Below are positions 15,042 through 24,820 of a stretch of 64,000 nucleotides of DNA, piece by piece. Source of the DNA: the human T2T-CHM13v2.0 reference genome, Homo sapiens. The position numbers were made by a program, and so were the translations under genes. The stretch lies in NCBI RefSeq assembly GCF_009914755.1, contig NC_060925.1. One strand, given 5' to 3'. The notes beneath the pieces are model-generated. The model saw nothing but the letters and a program-made list of their open reading frames with translations, made no database searches and was not told where the DNA came from. Each line of letters starts with the position of its first letter. Position 1 is the first letter of the stretch.

Positions 15042-16399
15042 TACATATATGTAAAGTGGTATATCTTAGTAGTGAGGAAGGGAAATATGTGAGAAGCCCT
15101 ATGAGAGGAAAGGGCAAATGGAATCAGAGCCAAAAGGCTGTCTGAAACTTTGGAGCAAGACCTATGGATAAAGTTCAAGGGCAGGGCCACAGCCAAATAG
15201 AGAGCTGGCCACCTGCAAATCTGCCACATCTGGGAAATGGAGAAAAGGAAAAAGAATAAATCAAATAGCTATGGATGTTTGTAGCCCTATTGCATTATTT
15301 GCTTTTCCCACCCCATAGCAAAGTCCAATTCTTCTCAAAAACTCAGAAATTCTGGAATAACTCTAAGGTCTCCAAGGAAAGAGAGTTGTGTCCTACTTAG
15401 AATAGGCCAAAGTATGCGTGTGTGGGTAGGGGGTGTGTCTATGGGGGATCATTAGAGTCCTAATCTCTAGTATCTGGCACCCACAAAGAACAGAACTCCC
15501 ATATCCACCACTAAGTATGACTGCTGGGACCAGTGATCCATAAGTCTCCAGCTGGCAGAAAGACAGGCACAATATACACAGATTCCTACGTTGCTGCAAA
15601 TTTCTTGAATTCTCAAGTAGCTGGATAAGCTGTGTTTCTTTTTCTTTCTGATTGTAAATATTTAATTATTTACATCTCTTTTCTTGAAGCCAGTAGGTAC
15701 CATGTTTGCAAGAATATTTGAAATTAAGAGGAGAGGGGTTCCGAAGTCCACAGAGCAACTGCCTTGCACATTATTTTACCCAGAATGCACAAGAAAAAGC
15801 AACACAGATAGCAGATATAGCCAGTTCAAGTCCTTGAAGAGTTATGGTCCTGTAATATACAAGGCCCAGCATTCACTATAATTGACCTGTGCTCAGTGTG
15901 GATCTGTGACTCTGGTTTTGGGACAAAAGTCTGCACTGATGATTTAAATATGGAGGCTCCAAAGACAGGTAGAACCAAAGGATGGTGAAACCCATCTCTT
16001 GCCTCAGTCATTGCATAAGCCCCTGATTCAGGACCCTTTTAAACCCTAAATCCCCATAAGCTATATTGTTAAATTATAAAACGAACCTTCTCTGATCTTA
16101 TCCATTCCCAATATGGTGAAATCGTCTTTGGCTGTGTTTAACTAGGAAAAGTGAAGGGATGAGTTGAAAGCATTAAAAACAGCAGTCAGCATGATCAGAA
16201 ACCCCAGCCAATGCGATATTTTCCAAAGAAAAGAGGCCACAGTTAGGGTCTCCGCTGCGTAGACCAAGCTCAAGTTAATTCGGTTTAGCCAGGCCCTTTT
16301 CTTTCCTGTTAAATTCTCAACCCCCATGGCTACCAGCCCCTGGGGAGCCCTCGCCTCTACCCCCAGGACCTCCCTGCCCGGCTCAGTAGCTCTGGGCCA

Positions 16400-17320
16400 G
16401 TTCATTTCGCCACAGCCCGGAGCCTCTCGGAAAGCAAAGATTAAAGGGGAAAGTCGCAGCTGTATATTTATATTTTCATTGCTAGAAGGGAATTGATTTC
16501 CGTGCATTTATTTTGGTAGTTGTAATACATAAGGGCGGATTTGCGTCACCCGAGCAACTTGCCGGTGGAGATAAAGTTGCACAAATATTGAAAGGGGAAG
16601 TGCTAGGAGTCATTATAGAGTTTTTCTCCGGAAGAAATAAGGATTTCTGCAGTATCCTAAAATACTAAGGCCGCTTCTATTTTGAGACCAATCTCGCAGG
16701 CACATCCGCTCATTTAGTCCCGAGTTTGAGCCCATCAAAAAACAGGAGATGACCTGAACTCCGGCGAGCCCAGGGTTTCCTGCTGCTTTCTTGGTTCTGA
16801 AGAGTGGGGAGTAAGGAGGGCGGGAGTCTGCGGGCTCAGAACTCGGCAAGGGGCCTGCAGGGGCCAGGCTTGGGCCTGGGGAAGGGGTAGAGGGGGCGGC
16901 GGGGGTCGCTCCAAAGACTTGTATTTCGCGTTTGCCTCCGGGAGCTGGGAGTAAGGCCTTGGATGGCGCCGACGCGGTTGCGAGGAAGCTGAGGCCTGGG
17001 AGAGCAAGGGGCGCGCAGGCGAAGTTGCAACTTGCACTCCAGCCGCGGGCCTGGCGGAGAAAGGGAGGCTCGCGGCGCCGCGAGGAGTCGGCGGGCCTCG
17101 GGGCCTCGCTTTCGCCGCATCTGCCCAGCGCTCCGGGCCTTGAATCTCGGCAGATGCGAGTTGTGGGCACCTAGGGAACCCTGAGGACTCGCATTCCCCC
17201 GGGTCTGTATCCCGTGCCCACCCCGGAGCGTCGCAAACCTTGGAAAGGGTGAAAGCTGATAGGGGAGTCTTATTTCTTAAGAGAGAGGGTGAGGGCGCGC
17301 GGCGCTGCCTCGGGTAAGGA
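16400..17320. promoter_or_regulatory. Upstream CpG island and candidate enhancer about 3 kb 5' of HLX
   Basis: CpG-rich 16820-17320. The adjacent block has ETS CCGGAAG (16628), GATA AGATAA (16569) and MEF2-like CTATTTTGAG (16677). Confidence 0.6.
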
Positions 17321-18399
17321 GTAAATGCACCTCTTTCACAACCGTGAGTTTGGGCTTAGGCTGAGGTCTAAATGTTTGCAGTCAAATTAGAAACGCAATC
17401 AAACTGGAAGTGGCACTAGAAAGCAGAGGGCTCACGGCCTCCGCTACGCACACTCCCACCGAAGGCTCACCAGAACCCTCAGCCAGCGCCTCAATTGCCC
17501 ATGTTGTACTTGTCGCTCCTTTGCCTTCACCTTGACACAGAAAAACTGGTCTTAATACGTCTCTCGCCCCAGGTACCCCTACCTTCAGCCAAACACACCC
17601 ATCTATCTCTGGAAATAGCACCTCTCTCCTGGTTGCGTGGAGCAGGGGAAGAAAACCTTTCAGTAAAAGAGAGATGGAGAGCGAGAGCGGGAGAGCTGGA
17701 GGGCGGGAGGAGGGAGAGAGAGAGGGAGAGGGAGAGATCTTAGTGCTGGCTGATCAGAAGTGATTGATAATTTTCCAGGAGAAAGTCAAAAGCTTAAAAG
17801 GATAGCATCTGCATCAAGGGGCTAGAGAAAACACCAGAAATTAATTTTATAAGCCCAAACCCTGAACTCGAGATAGGCATGGCAAGTTCACTTGCTTTTC
17901 TGGGTTTATTTGGTGAGGAGCCTTCGTGCTGAAGGGAAATAAAAATGTCACAGAATCCCTGTTAGGAGATGCTTATTAGGGCAATCGAAAACAAAAGTTT
18001 TCGTGGTTTCATTATTCGTATTATTTTATTTTCTTCCTGAAAATGTGCAAGAACAGCTCATCTGGGTGGCCTGTGGTTTGTTTGGGAGAGGGGTGGGGAA
18101 ATTCATTCTGACTATAATTTAAAGAGAAGAAATTCTTAAAATAGATATGTCGATGTTGCACAAAACCTCCACCACCACTACCCTGCGTTCTAAAGACCCA
18201 AGGCACGAATGGAAGACGTTGACCACCACGCAGCTCCTCCTGCAACCAGGCCCAAGGGGTTCCTGGGGAAGCTGTCACAGAATTGAAAGCAGTATTGAAC
18301 CCCACGGAAATCTGCTCTTGTGGGCACTTGCAAAACAACGAACCCCACGTGATCCGGAGATGTGGTGGAGGGGTGAGGCTAACATTTCCTACAACCTCC

Positions 18400-20310
18400 T
18401 GCAAAGGATGGAAGCGCGTGCCGCTCTCCCGGGTTTCGGGAGGCAGCCTGTTTTGTAGCCTCTGAGGCTCCGGGGAAAGGTTTGGCTGCGTCTAAGAGAG
18501 ACGTTTGGAGCCATCCGTCTTATTTTGTTTGAAAAGTCACTCGTTCAAGTTGTCACTGTGTGACAGCTCAGAATAAAACCAATTTGCGGCCGCCCCTCCT
18601 CCTCGCTTCCCGGAGGATCTCCTGGGAGGCACGAGGCGGACGCGGTGCTGAGTTGGGCCGGGACTCAGGGCGGCAACATTTGGGCAAGGGCCCAGGAAAG
18701 ATGAGGGGCTTTGCCGAGGACACGGACTCCTGGAATAAAAGCAGAATGAGGTCAAGAGAAGGGAAGCAAAGGGGCCAAAGCGCGCTCCGCTCTCCACCGG
18801 GAGGCGGGCTTTGCAGAGCCCTAAAGAGTGAGATTACCGTCCCTTCCCCACGCCCCCAACTCGCCCCGGGTGACAAGCGCTTCAGGAAAGCTCCTGTGAT
18901 CAACCCTCCTTGCCCCGTGGCGGTTCGGAGCTGCAGAAGTTAGAAGAGAGTCAGAGCCCTCCGGAGCGGCTGCCTGGCCCCTACGCAGAGTAGCAAGAAG
19001 CACTGCGATGTGCGCTACTAAGCCCACGCGGCCGCAGCAAAAACTTTGGCGTGGCCGGGGCGTGGCTAGGGTCCGGCCAGGCCCCCTTGTTCCTAATTCC
19101 CCTCCACTCCCCGCTCCCATTGGTCACGAGGATGACCAATGAGCGCTCGGATCGAGGTCCTACCCCGGGCCTGACTCGAAAGCTCCTGCCAAAACTTTGG
19201 GAGTTTTTAGAGACGAGTTTTTTTTTTTTTCTATTACTTTTCCCCCCCCCTAACTAACGGACTATTATTGTTGTTGTTTTAAATTTAGCTCTTAGGGCTT
19301 AGCTATTTGGGTTTTCTTGCGGTGTCCGGCTCCCGTCTCCCTGGCTCCCCCGCCCGCCCTGCGGCCCCAGCGCCCCTCGCTCTCATCCAGCCCGCGAGGA
19401 GTGCGGGCGCCGCGCCGCCTTTAAAGCGAGGCCAGGGAGCGAGGCGGTGACCGGCCGAGATCCGGCCCTCGCCTCCTCCCTCGGTGGCGCTAGGGCTCCC
19501 GGCCTCTCTTCCTCAGTGCGGGCGGAGAAGCGAAAGCGGATCGTCCTCGGCTGCCGCCGCCTTCTCCGGGACTCGCGCGCCCCTCCCCGCGCGCCCACCC
19601 ACCCAGTCCGGCTGGACTGCGGCAGCCGCGCGGCTCACCCCGGCAGGATGTTCGCAGCCGGGCTGGCTCCCTTCTACGCCTCCAACTTCAGCCTCTGGTC
19701 GGCCGCTTACTGCTCCTCGGCCGGCCCAGGCGGCTGCTCCTTCCCCTTGGACCCCGCCGCCGTCAAAAAGCCCTCCTTCTGCATCGCAGACATTCTGCAC
19801 GCCGGCGTGGGGGATCTGGGGGCGGCCCCGGAGGGCCTGGCAGGGGCCTCGGCCGCCGCCCTCACCGCGCACTTGGGCTCGGTTCACCCGCACGCCTCTT
19901 TCCAAGCGGCGGCCAGATCCCCGCTTCGACCCACCCCAGTGGTGGCGCCCTCCGAAGTCCCGGCTGGCTTCCCGCAGCGGCTGTCTCCGCTCTCAGCCGC
20001 CTACCACCACCATCACCCGCAACAACAACAGCAGCAGCAACAGCCGCAGCAGCAACAGCCTCCGCCTCCGCCCCGGGCTGGCGCCCTGCAGCCCCCGGCC
20101 TCGGGGACGCGAGTGGTTCCGAACCCCCACCACAGTGGCTCTGCCCCGGCCCCCTCCAGCAAAGACCTCAAATTTGGAATTGACCGCATTTTATCTGCAG
20201 AATTTGACCCAAAAGTCAAAGAAGGCAACACGCTGAGAGGTAGGTCTTGGGCGGGAGGCTGCAGGCCTCTGACCACTGACCCACTCCCCGGACCCCGGGC
20301 TGGCTTGGGG
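18400..20310. promoter_or_regulatory. HLX promoter and exon-1 CpG island (GC box at 19057-19066, paired CCAAT boxes at 19118-19141)
   Basis: High GC and CpG density directly upstream of and across exon 1; GGGGCGTGGC, ATTGG and CCAAT motifs visible. Confidence 0.85.
19648..20239 (+). CDS. HLX: HLX coding exon 1 (MFAAGLAPFY...KEGNTLR; two eh1 motifs, poly-H/Q/P tract)
   Basis: ATG at 19648. The translation matches the recognised HLX N-terminus. Donor AG|GTAGGT follows 20239; 592 coding nt, phase 1. Confidence 0.97.
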
Positions 20311-20983
20311 TGCCTTTGAGTGTTTTTACAATTAAGGACAAATCGGTAAAACGGGAGAGAAGAAAACGAATTGTAAGAAAACTACAAAACATTAGGTCTA
20401 AAACTCACCTGTTCTATGTAAAACAAACAAAAAATGACTCCAGGGATTCTTTAAAAACACGTCTTAGAATCAATATTTATAAAAGTGGTTGGTGTAATTA
20501 TCTGCTAACATGACTTTGATCTCTTTAATAATGTATCTAGAGACAGAATTATATTTTCTGACAGCTAAAGCATTTTTGGGAAACACTTTCGCACTTATCT
20601 GATTTCTAGTAAAAATTTCACCCAGGAAATGTAAATAATAAACAAAACCGCCTAGATGAGCGGGCAGAGTGGGGCCACCTTGGGGCGGAGGTTTTGCGTC
20701 TGTGGCGTTCTTGGAAGACACGTGAAAGTGAGGCCGTAAGCCGATTTATGTAAAGCCTTTACTTACTATATACATGCATATGGACGTGAGGGACACACAG
20801 GAACTTTTCGTGCGTCGCTCCTTGGCAACTGTTGGGAGAGAGAGGTTTCAGCGCCTAGACGGGTTCTCTCTTGACTTCGCTCAATAAAAGTGAATCCAGG
20901 GCAAGGGGAAGGGGAGGAACAAATCAGCGGAGAGTGTGAGTGTGCCCGAGATGTAACCTGCTATCCTTTTCCCTTGTCCCCAG

Positions 20984-21163
20984 ATCTCACTTCCCTGCTA
21001 ACCGGTGGGCGGCCCGCCGGGGTGCACCTCTCAGGCCTGCAGCCCTCGGCCGGCCAGTTCTTCGCATCTCTAGATCCCATTAACGAGGCTTCTGCAATCC
21101 TGAGTCCCTTAAACTCGAACCCAAGAAATTCAGTTCAGCATCAGTTCCAAGACACGTTTCCAG
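20984..21163 (+). CDS. HLX: HLX coding exon 2 (DLTSLLTGG...QDTFP)
   Basis: Pyrimidine tract plus CAG acceptor ends at 20983; donor CAG|GTACGG; 180 nt, frame preserved. Confidence 0.96.
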
Positions 21164-21551
21164 GTACGGAAAAACTCCAGAGTACTGCCTAACGGGCGAG
21201 CCGACTAACAGTCAGAAATCTCAGGACTGACGCCTCCAGGGCTGCCACGGTGTCGCAATCTCACAATTGGGGCGGGAGGCTACGGAGTCAGGAGAGAGAA
21301 ACCGAAAGATTTCTCAGCGAGCTAGCGCTCGCTTCGGATGGTTCCCCTTGAAAAGGGGTAGAGGCGCCTGGAGATCCCAGAAAGTGTGTGCGTGGACGGT
21401 GGGGTGGGGGGCTTTCTCGAAGTCTTTTCGCCCCAGAGGGCTTGAAAAATGCAGCATCAATGTTGCTTATTAGCATATACACATTTTGGGATGACCTCAA
21501 ACACTTGTGCTTGGCGAGTTTATGTCTGGGTGCCTGGACACATGCGGGAAT

Positions 21552-21553
<2 letters not shown>

Positions 21554-21601
<48 letters not shown>
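21554..21601. repeat. (CA)n microsatellite, HLX intron 2
   Basis: Seen directly. Confidence 0.95.
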
Positions 21602-21604
<3 letters not shown>

Positions 21605-21951
21605 ATAATTCAATTCAGGGCTGTCATCATTCAGGCCCAAGGGACATTTTTGTCTACTCTTCGTAGGCCTGATGGCCACGCATGAGGTTTATGTTTTTCT
21701 CTTGGAATTAAAGGACAAGCCGCCAGGCTTCTCCACTCCACGCTCGCTTTAGGTCTTCCGACTGTCGTGTAAAATTCCTCCTTAGAGGGGCCATTCGGTG
21801 TATGTGCGAAGGGCTTTCTGAATGAGGGTGGAATCGACAGTTAACACGAAACAGTTTCAAGCCTTACGGGGACCCCCAGGCTGGCAGGTCAAGGACTGGA
21901 CACTGAACGGCCCTCTTGTCTTTCTTCCCTCTGGCTCCCGTTCTGCGGCAG

Positions 21952-22136
21952 GTCCCTATGCTGTGCTCACGAAGGACACCATGCCGCAGACGTACAAAAG
22001 GAAGCGTTCATGGTCGCGCGCTGTGTTCTCCAACCTGCAGAGGAAAGGCCTGGAGAAAAGGTTTGAGATTCAGAAGTACGTGACCAAGCCGGACCGAAAG
22101 CAGCTGGCGGCGATGCTGGGCCTCACGGACGCACAG
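21952..22136 (+). CDS. HLX: HLX coding exon 3 (GPYAVLTKD...; homeodomain residues 1-44 start at 22005)
   Basis: CAG acceptor ends at 21951; donor CAG|GTAAGG; encodes RSWSRAVFSNLQRKGLEKRFEIQKYVTKPDRKQLAAMLGLTDAQ; 185 nt. Confidence 0.97.
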
Positions 22137-23069
22137 GTAAGGCAGTTCTGGCTCCAGCGCACAGCGCCCTCGGGCGGGCAGCAGCGCACGGCCTAGTCTG
22201 GTAGGTCCCCTCCATCCCGGCCGACTGGCCTCCTGCGGTGCAAACGCAAGATCTTGACTTTCAAGAGGCTTTGTGGACTACGCAACTTGAGGCAGGAGAA
22301 GAGGAGGGTGGAGATGGGGTGAGGGAGAAGGACCGAGAGAAGAGCTCATCCCCAAGATGTGTGTCAACAAGCACTGCATGTTTATTTTGGCCAACAGGCT
22401 AAAGAACCACGGAGAAAGCAAAAGGGCCGCTGGAAATAACACTGATACACTCAACTGTAGTGCAATTCGCTGTAGGAGGCAGTTTATTTCAGAAAAGATA
22501 AAAACCCAAAGGCAAGAGATTGTTGTTGGGTTTTTTTCCCTCTCACCCTCCCTCCTTCCTCCTCCTCCTGCTGCTTCTGCTGGATTGTGAAATCCCCAGT
22601 TGTGAGGAAGTGAAAATATAATTTCAAACGGAATTAGTTAGCTCCAGGAGGGCAGGGAGTCTGCTTGGAGTGGCCACACATTACAAGGCTTAGGCTCTGA
22701 AGAAAATCTGAAGGAAGGGGAGAGGTGAGGGAAAGAAAGAAAGAAAAATGATTCTCTTAGAATACCCAAGAGCATTTCAGCAGGTTCTGCCTATTTGAAT
22801 TTTTTCAAGACAATAGGAAATGTATTGTGGCTGAAATAATTTTATTCTTTTTCTTAAATTTAAGAACTGGGCTTCCCCACCCCCCACCACCCGAGCTTTG
22901 ACTGTGGAAGAGTCACTCTTGTGCACCCCATAGCACTGGCTCTGGCTCTGGGGTGCTGATTTTCCCCAGCAGGTCAGAAGCCAGAGGCAGGCTTCTTTTT
23001 CTTAGCTCCTTGGTCCCCAAATTGCTGTCTCTGTTTCTTTCTGACCTCCATTACACAACTCTTCTCCCC

Positions 23070-23072
<3 letters not shown>

Positions 23073-23114
<42 letters not shown>
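23073..23114. repeat. (CA)n microsatellite, HLX intron 3
   Basis: Seen directly. Confidence 0.95.
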
Positions 23115-23118
<4 letters not shown>

Positions 23119-23976
23119 AGCCCAGCCGTTTTCCACCAGCTGTGGATGTTATTTTTAAAAGGGAAGCTGGAACTTGTGTGAATGCGTTGGGTCCCCCAGG
23201 GGATCGTATATATCTGTATAGATTCTCTGCCCCATCTCTATCCCCTTCCTTAATTTTGCACACATTTAATTCCATTGTTTTCTGAGCCCCCAGGAGAATT
23301 TGTTTATCCTTAACAGGGGCAAGGTCCTTATCAGCTCTTGCGTACAAACACACCAAAGAAATGCTGTCTTACTGAAAGCCCAACAATGCCCCCACCCTAC
23401 TGTGATTAACAGTTTAAAACCCCTTTCCCTTTCTGCTTCCCATGTTTCCTTTTTTGAAAAAAGTATTGCTTTGGGTAGTGGCAGTAGAGGAGAGGGCCAA
23501 CTTAGAGCAGGAATTCTTAACACTGGCACACCAAACCCTTGACATTGTAAGCAATATCTTGGGCATATGTGTATTTTTCTGGGCTAGGAGTCCATAACTT
23601 TAATCAGATTCTCATGGGGGTCCTGGCATAAAAAAATTACATGGATTTAGAGTAGAGAGAGAGTATGTTGGGGGTCGGGTGCAGGAATCTGCCTTTCCAA
23701 CAGTCACTCAGGTCATTTTAGTCCTGGGGCCTGAGGGTTGCATTTTGAAAACGGTCTTAGTGGGTTCCCTAGGCCAGGATTCCTGGCTTCTTGTGTTCCC
23801 CTGGGCTGCCCCTTGGCTCCTGCGCCTACCACAGTGTCTGGTCCTTGGTAGAGTCGCCAAGTAAGCGTTGCTTTTTCACTCAGGGAGGTGGCTTGAGGGT
23901 GCACGCGAGTCGGATAGGAGCAAACCTGGGTCTCATCTCGGTGTCTCTTCTTGTCTCCCGGTGTGGCGCGGCGCAG

Positions 23977-24486
23977 GTGAAGGTGTGGTTCCAGAACCGG
24001 CGGATGAAGTGGCGGCACTCCAAGGAGGCCCAGGCCCAAAAGGACAAGGACAAGGAGGCTGGCGAGAAGCCATCAGGTGGAGCCCCGGCTGCGGATGGCG
24101 AGCAGGACGAGAGGAGCCCCAGCCGTTCTGAAGGCGAGGCTGAGAGCGAGAGCAGCGACTCCGAGTCCCTGGACATGGCCCCCAGCGACACGGAGCGGAC
24201 TGAGGGGAGTGAGCGTTCTCTGCACCAAACAACAGTTATTAAGGCCCCGGTCACTGGCGCCCTCATTACCGCCAGCAGTGCTGGGAGTGGTGGGAGCAGC
24301 GGCGGCGGCGGCAATAGTTTCAGCTTCAGCAGCGCCAGCAGTCTTAGTAGCAGCAGCACCAGTGCGGGTTGCGCCAGCAGCCTTGGCGGCGGCGGCGCCT
24401 CGGAGCTTCTCCCTGCAACACAGCCCACAGCCAGCAGCGCTCCCAAAAGCCCCGAGCCAGCCCAAGGCGCGCTTGGCTGCTTATAG
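23977..24486 (+). CDS. HLX: HLX coding exon 4 (homeodomain helix 3 VKVWFQNRRMKWR, acidic and Ser/Gly-rich tail, stop TAG)
   Basis: CAG acceptor ends at 23976; WFQNRR motif present; exons sum to 592+180+185+510=1467 nt = 488 aa plus stop. Confidence 0.97.
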   Translation: MKVWFQNRRMKWRHSKEAQAQKDKDKEAGEKPSGGAPAADGEQDERSPSRSEGEAESESSDSESLDMAPSDTERTEGSERSLHQTTVIKAPVTGALITASSAGSGGSSGGGGNSFSFSSASSLSSSSTSAGCASSLGGGGASELLPATQPTASSAPKSPEPAQGALGCL

Positions 24487-24814
24487 ACTGTACTAGGGCG
24501 GAGGGGATCCGGGCCTTGCGTGCAGCCTCCCAACCATGGGCTGGGTTTTGTGCTTACTGTATGTTGGCGACTTGGTAGGGCAGGAGACGCAGCGTGGAGC
24601 CTACCTCCCGACATTCACGCTTCGCCCCACGCTGCTCCGACTGGCTGCAGCGGACACTGCCCAAAGCAGAGGGGAGTCTCAGTGTCCTGCTAGCCAGCCG
24701 AACACTTCTCTCCGGAAGCAGGCTGGTTCGACTGTGAGGTGTTTGACTAAACTGTTTCTCTGACTCGCCCCAGAGGTCGTGGCTCAAAGGCACTTAGGAC
24801 GCCTTAAATTTGTA

Positions 24815-24820
24815 AATAAA
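24815..24820 (+). terminator. HLX: HLX polyadenylation signal AATAAA
   Basis: AATAAA about 330 nt after the stop, preceded by TGTA and followed by GT/T-rich sequence. Confidence 0.85.

Noticed and set aside
16613-17170. 185-aa minus-strand ORF in the upstream CpG island
   Set aside because: Pro/Ala/Arg-rich composition typical of spurious CpG-island ORFs; no homology recognised.
19484-20236. 250-aa alternative-frame ORF over exon 1
   Set aside because: Non-ATG start, and the scarcity of stops is explained by GC content.
23880-24614. 244-aa antisense ORF over exon 4
   Set aside because: Mirror of GC-rich, low-complexity Ser/Gly codons; no recognisable domain.
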